Assembly (NCBI GenBank): GCA_963836755.1
Contig: CAWIKF010000002.1
Location: 1,728,001 to 1,792,000, forward strand
Origin: an uncultured Verrucomicrobiae bacterium
GTDB lineage: Bacteria > Verrucomicrobiota > Verrucomicrobiia > Chthoniobacterales > Chthoniobacteraceae
DNA: 64,000 nucleotides
Direction of reading: 5' to 3'
A model generated the notes under the pieces. It worked only from the letters and a program-made list of their open reading frames with translations. It did not search any database and was not told the origin of the DNA. Within the stretch, counting starts at the first letter, position 1. Each line of letters starts with the position of its first letter. Below are positions 1 to 8,698 of the stretch, piece by piece. The position numbers were made by a program, and so were the translations under genes.

Positions 1-61
1 CGGGGGCCTGCCGCGTTTTGGCGGGGGTTTGGGCCGGAGTGGGTGCGGGTGTATCGGTCAT
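1..61 (-). CDS. 5' end of a hypothetical protein running off the left edge (MTDTPAPTPAQTPAKTRQAP...)
   Basis: ATG at 61-59 with an open Pro/Thr/Ala-rich frame to the window edge; only 20 codons visible. Confidence 0.35.
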   Translation of the reverse strand, partial: MTDTPAPTPAQTPAKTRQAP

Positions 62-139
62 GGTAGGTTTGGCTGGGGTTGGCTGATTTCTTTGATTTTT
101 GCTAATTTGCTGTCTGTTTTCTGCGGGCGTCAGGATCCT

Positions 140-307
140 CGCTTCGGGTCGCGCGGTCTGGGCTTCCGGCTGCGATGTCTGCGCTTCCGGTCGCGAGGTT
201 CGGGCTTTGCGTCGCGAGGTTCGCTCTTCGGGCTCCGAGGTTCGCGCTTCCGGCGGCGATGTTTGAAATGCGAGCGACGCCGTTCGCGCTTGCGGTGTTT
301 GGCTTCG
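140..307. repeat. Degenerate 21-bp tandem repeat, about 8 units
   Basis: Units such as cgcttccggtcgcgaggttcg, ggcttccggctgcgatgtctg and cgcttccggcggcgatgtttg at exact 21-nt period. Confidence 0.75.
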
Positions 308-554
308 CGTCTTGGCCAGCGGGTGCCCGTCCGGCAATCTCTCCGCTCATGAACACCATCGATTTTTCACCGCCCATGAACATCACATGCATCTCCGCCG
401 GCGATGTGATGAGCCCGCGCGCTTTCTGTCAAACATTTTTTAGCAAAGAGTTAGCGCGAAAACTTTGACTACGATCTCTGCGAGGCGCTCCCTTGCTAGC
501 CCGGCGGCACCGATTTTATGCGGAAACAGATTGAGGTGGAATGGATGGAAGCCA

Positions 555-1346
555 ATGCCTAACTTTGACGCCATGCCGCTCCTCGTGATCTTCCTGTTCA
601 TCGGTTTCATCATCCTGCTCACGGGACTGCGCGTGGCGCAGGAATATCAGCGCGGAGTGGTGTTTCGGCTCGGGCGTTTCGTTGGGACGCGTGGGCCGGG
701 GTTGTATTGGATCGTGCCTCTGGGTATTGAGCGGGCGGTGACGATCGATATCCGCACGACGACGGTCTCCGCGGAGCAGCAGGAGACGATCACGCGCGAT
801 AGCGTGACGATCAAAGTCAACGCCGTGCTTTGGTATAAAATCCACGACGCCGCGAAGTCGGTGATCGCGGTGAATAATGCGAGCGCGGCCGTCTATCAAT
901 TGGCGCTGACGAGTTTGCGCAACATCATCGGCCAGCACGATCTCGACGAAGTGCTGCAGGCGCGGGACAAGATCAATATGCTGCTGCGCGACGGCATCGC
1001 GCCTTCGACCGAAGCGTGGGGACTCGAGGTGGAGCGCTTCGAGATGAAGGACGTCGAGCTGCCGGAGGCGATGCAGCAGGTGATGGCGATGCAGGCCGAG
1101 GCGATACGCGAAAAGCGCGCGCGCATCATCAAGGCCGAGGCGGAGCTGGAGGCGTCGCAAAAACTGGCGCAGGCGAGTGAGCAGATGGCGGGAAATCCCG
1201 CGGCGCTGGAGTTGCGCCGGATGCAGATGCTCTCGGAGATCGGCGCGGAGAATAATTCGACGACCGTGCTCATGATCCCGTCAGATTTCGTGACGCTGGC
1301 GAAATCACTCAGCGAATATCTGCTGGAGCATCGGCCGAAACTTTGA
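555..1346 (+). CDS. SPFH/band-7 (slipin/stomatin-like) membrane protein
   Basis: N-terminal TM, then EYQRGVVFRLGR, ITRDSVTIKVNAV and AEAIREKRARIIKAEAE stomatin-type motifs; start set at ATG 555 (alternative 573). Confidence 0.92.
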   Translation: MPNFDAMPLLVIFLFIGFIILLTGLRVAQEYQRGVVFRLGRFVGTRGPGLYWIVPLGIERAVTIDIRTTTVSAEQQETITRDSVTIKVNAVLWYKIHDAAKSVIAVNNASAAVYQLALTSLRNIIGQHDLDEVLQARDKINMLLRDGIAPSTEAWGLEVERFEMKDVELPEAMQQVMAMQAEAIREKRARIIKAEAELEASQKLAQASEQMAGNPAALELRRMQMLSEIGAENNSTTVLMIPSDFVTLAKSLSEYLLEHRPKL

Positions 1347-1447
1347 AGCGCGACCGATGGCGCGCCGATGCGCGAAGGGAAGATGGAGCAAAAGTTTCCC
1401 CTAACATTCCGCGCCAATCTGCGTAATCTGCCGACTCTTTTTCCACG

Positions 1448-4030
1448 ATGCCTGCCGTCCTCGAATCCACTGCCAGCACCGCCCGCGAGCTCGAGCCGAT
1501 CCGCGTGCGTGCAAAGTTTTTCTTTGAGGGCGACCGGAAGTTTTTTCTAAAAGGCGTCACCTACGGGCCGTTCACGCCGAACGCCGACGGCGACTTTTTC
1601 CCGCCGCTCGAGCGCGTCCGCACCGACCTCGCGCTGATGAATGAGCTCGGCGTGAACCTCGTGCGAATTTATTACGCACCGCCCGCGTGGTTCCTCGATG
1701 AATGCCGCGCCGCCGGCATCCGCGTGCTGATCTCAATCCCGTGGGCGGAGCACGTCGAGTTTTTAAACAACAGTCGCATGCGCCGCCAGATCGTGCGGAC
1801 GATCCGCGACGCCGTGCGGAAGAATCGCGGGCACGAGGCGATCTTCGCCTACCTCGTCGGCAACGAAATCCCGACGACGATGGTGCGTTGGCTCGGCGCG
1901 AAACGCGTGACCTACTTTGTTGAACATCTGATCACGATCGCGCGCGACATCGATCCGCGCCCGCTCTACAGCTACGCGAGCTATCCGCCCACGGAATATC
2001 TGCTGCCGCAGAACGTCGATTTCTACAGCTTCAACGTTTACCTCGAGCGCCGCATCGACTTTGAGCGCTACCTCGCGCGCCTGCAAAATCTCGCGGACGA
2101 CAAGCCGCTCATCATGGGCGAATTCGGCCTCGACACGATTCGCAAAGGCGAGGAGCAGCAAGCGGAGGTGCTCGACTGGCATCTCGATGTCGTCGTGAAA
2201 GGCGGCGCGGCCGGGACGATTTTTTTCTCGTGGACGGACGAGTGGTTCACCGGCGGCGCGGAGATCACGGACTGGGCATTCGGGCTGGTCACACGCGATC
2301 GCACGCCGAAAAAGGCTTTCGCCGTTTTGCAGAAAAAGTTGCGCGGGCTCGACTCGATCACGCAGCGCGTCGCGCTGGAAAAATATCCACGCGTCTCGAT
2401 CATCGTCTGCAGCTACAACGGCGCGAAGACGCTGGGCGACTGCTTCGAGTCACTCGATGCGCTGAATTATCCCGACTACGAAATTGTGTTCGTCGATGAC
2501 GGGTCAAAGGACGACACACAGCAAATCGTCGCCGCTTTTTTAAACAAGCGAGATCCGGGGAAAAAGCTCGCCGAATTTCAAAATATCCGGCAGCCGAACA
2601 TGGGCCTGAGCTACGCGCGCAATGCGGGAGCGCACGCGGCGACCGGCGACATTTTTGCCTACACCGATTCCGACTGCATGCCTGATCCGGATTGGCTTTA
2701 TTACCTCATTGGCACGCTCACGAGCGGCGATTACGCAGGCGTCGGCGGGCCGAATATTCCGCCGCCGGCGGTGAATTGGATTCAAGCCGCGGTCGCCGCG
2801 GCGCCCGGCGGTCCGTCGCACGTGTTGCTCTCGGATGTAGTCGCAGAGCACATTCCCGGCTGCAACATGGCCTTTCACCGCTGGGCTTTCGAGCAGGTCG
2901 GCGGCTTCGACACGGAATATCGTAAGGCGGGCGACGACGTCGATTTTTGCTGGCGCTTGCAGACGAGCGGGCAGGTGATCGCATTCAGCCCGGCGGCGAT
3001 CGTCTGGCATTACCGGCGTTTCACACTGAAAGCATTTCGTAAACAACAAGAAGGATATGGCGAGGCCGAATCGATGCTTCGTTTCAAGCATCTCATCTTT
3101 TTCGGCCCGACCGGCACGATCAAATGGAAGGGCAATATCTACGGCGCGCCACGCTTCACATGGCTCATCAACAAGCCGGTGATTTACCACGGCGTCTTCG
3201 GCCAGGGCTTGTTCCAATCAATTTACCCGACGCCGCAATCGGACATCGCCGCGTATCTTTCCAGCATCGAATGGCTCGGTTTGACAGCGTTTATCTTTGT
3301 GTTGGCGATACCGTTTCCGAGCCTGCGCATCGTGCCGTATCTGATGTTCGGCGGAACGTTCGCCGTGGCGCTCAGTTACATGATGCACGCGCGGATCGAG
3401 CGAAAGTTTGACACAATCGCCGCGCGCTTGCTCGTCACTTTTCTCGCGCTGATGCAGCCGTGGGGCCGCGGTTGGGCGCGCTACTTTACATGGCTTAAAT
3501 ACAAGCACACGCCGACGACCGTCATCGCCGCGCGCGAGGCCGGCGTCGACATGCGCGGCAGTATTTCGCACATCAATCTGTGGAATGAAGCAGGCGTCGG
3601 TCGCGAAAAATTGCTTGAGGAAATTTTTGCGCTGCTCGAGACCGAGGGATGGAATTATTCCGCCGACACCGGTTGGAAAAATTGGGACGCGCAGATTTAC
3701 GGGAACTTCTGGTGGATCATCAAGCTTGCTACCGTTACCGAATATCACGGTGGCCCGAAATGCCTCACGCGCGTCCGGCTTTCGTATAAACCGGTCGTGA
3801 CCTTCGTGCTGGTGAATGCGATCGCGCTCGCCGTGGTGCTCTACCGGTCGATCGCCACGACGAATGCGGACATCATCCTCCGCGGCGCATACGTGCTCTT
3901 TCTGCTCGTCGTCCTGTATCGCGCGTGGCGCTTGAAATATCGCGTGGCGGAGCTGGTGCTCGCCGCCGCCGGGCGCGCCGGACTGCAGCGCGTTTTCGGG
4001 AAACAAAGCAAACCCGCGCCGAAATCGTGA
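1448..4030 (+). CDS. Fusion protein: clan GH-A TIM-barrel glycoside hydrolase-like domain + GT2 glycosyltransferase + C-terminal TM region
   Basis: KGVTYGP, VGNE and MGEFG motifs in the N-terminal half; VSIIVCSYNG, DDGS, TDSD and GDDVD GT2 motifs; hydrophobic C-terminus. Confidence 0.85.
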   Translation: MPAVLESTASTARELEPIRVRAKFFFEGDRKFFLKGVTYGPFTPNADGDFFPPLERVRTDLALMNELGVNLVRIYYAPPAWFLDECRAAGIRVLISIPWAEHVEFLNNSRMRRQIVRTIRDAVRKNRGHEAIFAYLVGNEIPTTMVRWLGAKRVTYFVEHLITIARDIDPRPLYSYASYPPTEYLLPQNVDFYSFNVYLERRIDFERYLARLQNLADDKPLIMGEFGLDTIRKGEEQQAEVLDWHLDVVVKGGAAGTIFFSWTDEWFTGGAEITDWAFGLVTRDRTPKKAFAVLQKKLRGLDSITQRVALEKYPRVSIIVCSYNGAKTLGDCFESLDALNYPDYEIVFVDDGSKDDTQQIVAAFLNKRDPGKKLAEFQNIRQPNMGLSYARNAGAHAATGDIFAYTDSDCMPDPDWLYYLIGTLTSGDYAGVGGPNIPPPAVNWIQAAVAAAPGGPSHVLLSDVVAEHIPGCNMAFHRWAFEQVGGFDTEYRKAGDDVDFCWRLQTSGQVIAFSPAAIVWHYRRFTLKAFRKQQEGYGEAESMLRFKHLIFFGPTGTIKWKGNIYGAPRFTWLINKPVIYHGVFGQGLFQSIYPTPQSDIAAYLSSIEWLGLTAFIFVLAIPFPSLRIVPYLMFGGTFAVALSYMMHARIERKFDTIAARLLVTFLALMQPWGRGWARYFTWLKYKHTPTTVIAAREAGVDMRGSISHINLWNEAGVGREKLLEEIFALLETEGWNYSADTGWKNWDAQIYGNFWWIIKLATVTEYHGGPKCLTRVRLSYKPVVTFVLVNAIALAVVLYRSIATTNADIILRGAYVLFLLVVLYRAWRLKYRVAELVLAAAGRAGLQRVFGKQSKPAPKS

Positions 4031-4040
4031 CGCGGTCGCA

Positions 4041-5021
4041 ATGAGTTTTTTCGCGCGCGATTACGATTACGCGCTACCGCCGGAATTGATCGCGCAGCGT
4101 CCGCTGCCGGAGCGCGCAGCCTCGCGCATGATGCTGCTGCATCGCGCGGAACAGCGGATCGAGCACGCCGCGTTTGCGGACTTTCCGAGCTTCATCCGCG
4201 CCGGAGATTTGGTGGTTTTAAACGACACCAAAGTTGTGCCCGCGCGTGCCTTCACAGACGACGGCAAAAACGAATTGCTCTTCCTCGAAGCCGCCGGCGT
4301 GAACGCGTGGCGCTGCATGGTGAAACCGGGACGTCGGATGCGCGTGGGCAACATTTTCACGCTCGGCCAGATCGAGGGGCGCGTGCTCGAAACTACGCCG
4401 GCCGGCGAGCGTATCATTGAGTTTGCGCAGCCGCTCGACCTCGAGAAAATCGGCCGGATGCCGATCCCGCCTTACCTCGCGCGGGAGAGCGACGCCGGCG
4501 ATGCAGAGCGTTATCAAACTGTTTACGCGCGCGCCGCGGGTGCGGTGGCCGCTCCGACTGCGGGCTTGCATTTCACGCCGGAAATTCTGGCGCGCGTGCC
4601 GCATGAATTCATCACGCTGCACGTTGGCACGGGAACTTTTCGCTCAGTGAAAACAGACGACATCCGCGAACACGAGATGCACTCCGAACGCTTCGCCATC
4701 ACCGCCGCCGCCGCCGCGCGTATCAATGCGGCAACGCGTGCCGTCGCGATCGGCACGACCACCACGCGCGTGCTCGAAAGCTGCGTGCGGAGCGATGGCG
4801 AAGTGCGCGAGCAGGAAGGAGCGACCGACATTTTCATCCATCCGCCGTTCGAGTTTCGCCGCGTCGGCGCGCTGCTGACAAATTTCCATCTGCCGAAATC
4901 GACGCTGCTGATGCTGGTCTGCGCGATGGCCGGACGAGACTTCATCATGGAGGCTTATGCGGCGGCCATCCGCGAGCGCTATCGCTTTTTTAGCTACGGC
5001 GATTGCATGCTCATCTTGTAG
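4041..5021 (+). CDS. queA: S-adenosylmethionine:tRNA ribosyltransferase-isomerase
   Basis: LIAQRP, NDTKV, AVAAPTAGLHFT, TNFHLPKSTLLML, RYRFFSYGD. Confidence 0.97.
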   Translation: MSFFARDYDYALPPELIAQRPLPERAASRMMLLHRAEQRIEHAAFADFPSFIRAGDLVVLNDTKVVPARAFTDDGKNELLFLEAAGVNAWRCMVKPGRRMRVGNIFTLGQIEGRVLETTPAGERIIEFAQPLDLEKIGRMPIPPYLARESDAGDAERYQTVYARAAGAVAAPTAGLHFTPEILARVPHEFITLHVGTGTFRSVKTDDIREHEMHSERFAITAAAAARINAATRAVAIGTTTTRVLESCVRSDGEVREQEGATDIFIHPPFEFRRVGALLTNFHLPKSTLLMLVCAMAGRDFIMEAYAAAIRERYRFFSYGDCMLIL

Positions 5022-5072
5022 CGCTCGCTCGACTTTTCCGCTTTTCCCGCTATCTTCCCGCTCGCTTTTTCC

Positions 5073-6198
5073 ATGAGCACTTTTACCAAACCGCGCGTCG
5101 TCCTCGGCATGAGCGGCGGCGTCGATTCGTCCGTCGCCGCATGGCTTCTCAAGGAGCAAGGCTACGACGTCATCGGCGTGACGATGAAAGTTTGGCCGCA
5201 GGATTGCATCTCTCGCGCCGAGGACAAATGCTGCGGCCCGAGCGCGATCGCCGATGCGCGCGGCGTCGCCCACACCCTCGGCATTCCGCATTACGTCATC
5301 GACGAAGCCGACTCATTCGAGCGCACCGTCATCGGCTACTTTGCCAGCGAATATCAGGCCGGCCGCACGCCGAATCCGTGCGTGATGTGCAATGAAAAAC
5401 TAAAGTTCGGCAGCCTTTGGGACAAAGCTCGCGGGCTCGGCGCCGAATACATTGCGACCGGCCATTACGCCATCATCGAGCACTCCGTGAACTTTGACGG
5501 CACGCCGCGAGCCGTGTTGCGCAAAGGCCGCGACCCTCGCAAAGACCAGTCGTATTTTCTCTTCAGCCTGCGGCAAAAACAACTGCAGCGCGCGCTTTGC
5601 CCGCTCGGCGAAATGTCGAAGCCAGAGATTCGCGACATCGCGCGGAAGCTTGGTTTGAAGAGTCGCTGACAAAGCCGACAGCCAGGAAATTTGTTTCGTG
5701 CCCGGCAACGATTACAAAGCTTTTTTAAAAGCGCATCTCGGCGAAAACGAATTTCATCCCGGCGGCATTTACGACAAACATGGCGCTTTTCTCGCGCCTC
5801 ACGACGGCATCGAAATGTTCACGATCGGCCAGCGCAAAGGATTGCCGGGCGGTTCGCCGCGGCCGATTTATGTCATCGATCTCGATCCCGCGACCAGCCG
5901 CGTCATCGTCGGCGAGGCCGAAGATTTGGTGTGCGACGAGTTTGAAGTCGATCACGTGAACTGGCTCGGCGACGAGATATTTTCCGAGCCGCGCGAGATC
6001 GGCGTCAAAATTCGCTACGCTCATGCCGGCGCGTCCGCAACTCTTTTTCCGGGCGAGAATGGAGTCGCGCGCATTCGGCTGCACGAGCCTCAACGCGCTG
6101 TCACGCCGGGACAAGCCGCCGTTTTCTACGACGGCGACCGCGTGCTCGGCGGCGGCTGGATATGCCGGCAACAGGCCGCAGTCGCAGCGGCGAGCTGA
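5073..6198 (+). CDS. mnmA: tRNA 2-thiouridylase, split by a +1 frameshift near 5661
   Basis: MSGGVDSS, GRTPNPCVMCN, ATGHYA and KDQSYFL; removing one base joins to VADKADSQEICF, TIGQRKG and AVTPGQAAVFY; span is 1126 nt = 3n+1. Confidence 0.93.
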
Positions 6199-6255
6199 AT
6201 TGCAAGCGCGGAGAATTTTCGCGCATCGGCCGTCGCGCGCCGCTAAATTATTGGC

Positions 6256-7167
6256 GTGAAACTTTTGCTCGTTGACGGTCACTACTATGTTTACCGATCA
6301 TTTTTCGCGATCCGGAATCTAAGCAATTCGCACGGCGAACCGACGAACGCGATTTACGGCTTCATCAAAACTTTGCGTCGCATGGTCAAGGATCTGAGGC
6401 CGGAACTGGGCGCGATCATTTGGGACGAAGGGCTGCCGACGCGCCGCACGGAACTGCAGCCGGCCTACAAGGAAACGCGCGCAGAGATGCCGGAGGAGAT
6501 GCGCCCGCAGCTTGCGTTCATTCAAAAACTCGCGCCGCTGCTCGGGTTCGCGTCGCTCAGTTTGCCCGACACGGAGGCTGACGATCTGATGGCGTCGTAT
6601 GCGTGCGCGGCTTTGCAGAAAAAATTCGAAGTGGTGCTCGCGACGAACGACAAGGACCTGTTTCAGCTCGTCGCGGATGGCGTGAAAGTTTACACGACAA
6701 ACAAGGTCGATCTCGCGACACCGAAAGACACTTTCGCGCTGCTCGACATCGCATGTGTCGAAAAAAAATGGGGCGTGCGGCCAGAGCAAATCGGTGAGGT
6801 GCTGTGCCTCATCGGCGACTCGGTCGATAACATTCCTGGCGTCGCTGGGCTCGGGCCCAAGAATGCGGTGGGACTTTTACGCGAGCATGGAGGTCTCGAC
6901 GCATTGCTCGCGAATCTCGACGCGGTAAAAAATGAGCGGATTCGTGAAAAGCTGAAAGCCGCGCGCGCGCAAATTTTGCAGAACCGTGAGATGGTGAAAC
7001 TCGATTCCGATTTGCCGCTGCCGATGCCGGTGGAGGATTTGCGCATTCGCCCGCGCTACGACGAGCTGATCGCGCGACTCGAGCGTTGTGAATTTAAATC
7101 GCTGATGCAGGAACTCCGTGACGATGCGACGGGCTCTGAGGCAACGCCGCAGGCTGAGCTGTTCTAA
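6256..7167 (+). CDS. Stand-alone 5'-3' exonuclease/flap endonuclease (PolA N-terminal-like)
   Basis: LLVDG, PTNAIYGF, EADD, NDKDL, GDSVDNIPGVAGLGPK H3TH motif; no polymerase domain. Confidence 0.92.
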   Translation: MKLLLVDGHYYVYRSFFAIRNLSNSHGEPTNAIYGFIKTLRRMVKDLRPELGAIIWDEGLPTRRTELQPAYKETRAEMPEEMRPQLAFIQKLAPLLGFASLSLPDTEADDLMASYACAALQKKFEVVLATNDKDLFQLVADGVKVYTTNKVDLATPKDTFALLDIACVEKKWGVRPEQIGEVLCLIGDSVDNIPGVAGLGPKNAVGLLREHGGLDALLANLDAVKNERIREKLKAARAQILQNREMVKLDSDLPLPMPVEDLRIRPRYDELIARLERCEFKSLMQELRDDATGSEATPQAELF

Positions 7168-7184
7168 GGCACGTCAAAAGGCCT

Positions 7185-7200
7185 TGGCACGCGGGCTGCT
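7185..7200 (+). promoter_or_regulatory. Putative sigma54 (-24/-12) promoter
   Basis: TGGCAC-GCGGG-CTGCT matches TGGCAC-N5-TTGC(A/T) with one mismatch; intergenic. Confidence 0.55.
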
Positions 7201-7212
7201 AATTCAGTTTGC

Positions 7213-7338
7213 ATGAAAGCCCAAACTTCTATCCGCGCTCGCCGCACCACACGACTTCCTTCCCCGAAATGCAGCCTCCCGAGGCTGGCGTTGTTCATGG
7301 AATTGTTCGTCGCGCCGGCGAACCGCTTCGCGAAATAA
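7213..7338 (+). CDS. Putative 41-aa basic small protein (MKAQTSIRARRTTRLPSPKCSLPRLALFMELFVAPANRFAK)
   Basis: ATG..TAA ORF filling the intergenic gap directly behind the sigma54-like motif. Confidence 0.4.
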   Translation: MKAQTSIRARRTTRLPSPKCSLPRLALFMELFVAPANRFAK

Positions 7339-7346
7339 CGGCCGCG

Positions 7347-8000
7347 CTATTTCAAACCCGGCGACGCTGACGCCGCCGGATGCGCTGGAAAAAAATTGCT
7401 CCAGTCATTCTTTTGCGGAGCGGCAGCATTCACTGACCAGGCGCCGAGGTGATCGCTCTTTGCCTTTGCCTCGAGCGTCTTCAAGTGCGCGTCAAATGCC
7501 TTCGCGCTCATGCCATTCGGCATCACCGCAGGCATTCCAAAGACTCGCCCGAGCCCGTTCGCAACCAGCAGTTCGCCGAGCGTTTTGTCGTCCACCATCA
7601 CGTGCGCGTAGTAGCGCGGGAGACGGCTTTCGCCGCGCGCGTCCTGCCAGCGCGTGTAGACGGTGAAAGGCTTCGCGAGCTTTGAGCGTGTAAAATCTTC
7701 GGCGACTTTGCCGATCCTCACGGCTTCCTTCGCACTGATGCCGAAATATTTTGCCTGTTCATCCACGCGCTCGGGAAACTCGAGGCTCGTCTCGGGCGCA
7801 TCGACGAAATAGATGCGAAAAATGAATTCCTTGCCGTCTGCCTTGACATGGAAACTGTCACCATCGTTCGACGCGTTTGGCATCAAACGACAATCCTCGA
7901 GCTTGTCATAGCCGTGCTCCGCCGCTTCCACGGAGGCGGGAAAAAATAATGCGAGAAGGCAGGCGGCGAACAGCGACGGGGAGAAACGCAGGCGGATCAT
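7347..8000 (-). CDS. Secreted thermonuclease (SNase-like) family protein
   Basis: Signal peptide, DGDSF, RIYFVDAPE, LVANGLG and AKSDHLGAW; ATG 8000 overlaps the upstream stop. Confidence 0.85.
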   Translation of the reverse strand: MIRLRFSPSLFAACLLALFFPASVEAAEHGYDKLEDCRLMPNASNDGDSFHVKADGKEFIFRIYFVDAPETSLEFPERVDEQAKYFGISAKEAVRIGKVAEDFTRSKLAKPFTVYTRWQDARGESRLPRYYAHVMVDDKTLGELLVANGLGRVFGMPAVMPNGMSAKAFDAHLKTLEAKAKSDHLGAWSVNAAAPQKNDWSNFFPAHPAASASPGLK

Positions 8001-8698
8001 TTGTTCAAAGTTTCGTTTTCGCGCACGCGATATTTGAGCTGACGCGAAAGCAGCCATCGCACGCCGAACATGTCCACCGTCGCCTTGATCGCGCGATTGC
8101 CAAGTCCGTATTTGCTCACGCCGAATGTGCGCGGACGGTGATTCACCGGCACTTCCTTCAGCTTGAAGCCGGCGCCTTTGACGAGCGCGGGGATGAAGCG
8201 GTGCATGCCATAAAATGGGACGAGCGCGTTGCGGCATTCGCGGCGCATTGCTTTCAACGTGCAGCCGGTGTCGCGGACGCCATCGCGCGTGAAACGACTG
8301 CGGACAAAGTTCGCGACGCGGCTCGTAATTTTTTTCGTGAGCGTGTCCTTGCGCTTCGCGCGATAGCCGCAAACGAGGTCCGCGCCGTTTTCAATTTGCG
8401 CGAGAAGTTCTAAAATATCCGCGGGATCGTTTTGCAAATCGCCGTCGAGCAGCACGATGATTTCTCCGCGCGCGGCGTGGACACCGGCATACATCGCCGC
8501 GCTTTGTCCCGCATTTTTTTCAAATTCCAGCACCCGCACTTCCGGCGTGCGGCGGATGCGCGCGAGCGTCGCGTCCTTTGACCCATCGTCGACGAAAACA
8601 ATTTCGTGATCGATTTGCCCAAGCGCCGCATCGAGCTCGCGCTGCAAATTTTCGACGTTGTCCTGTTCGTTATAAAGCGGAATGACGACGGAAATCAT
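7997..8698 (-). CDS. GT2 polyprenyl-phosphate glycosyltransferase (DPM1/ArnC-like)
   Basis: ISVVIPLYNE, VDDGSKD, LDGDLQNDP, DTGC, MHRFIP. Confidence 0.92.
   Translation of the reverse strand: MISVVIPLYNEQDNVENLQRELDAALGQIDHEIVFVDDGSKDATLARIRRTPEVRVLEFEKNAGQSAAMYAGVHAARGEIIVLLDGDLQNDPADILELLAQIENGADLVCGYRAKRKDTLTKKITSRVANFVRSRFTRDGVRDTGCTLKAMRRECRNALVPFYGMHRFIPALVKGAGFKLKEVPVNHRPRTFGVSKYGLGNRAIKATVDMFGVRWLLSRQLKYRVRENETLNK

Noticed and set aside
29..468. Three overlapping ORFs at the window start
   Set aside because: Explained by the 21-bp repeat keeping frames open; no family signal.
5640..5670. Programmed frameshift in mnmA
   Set aside because: No slippery sequence or stimulatory structure seen; similar indels elsewhere point to error.
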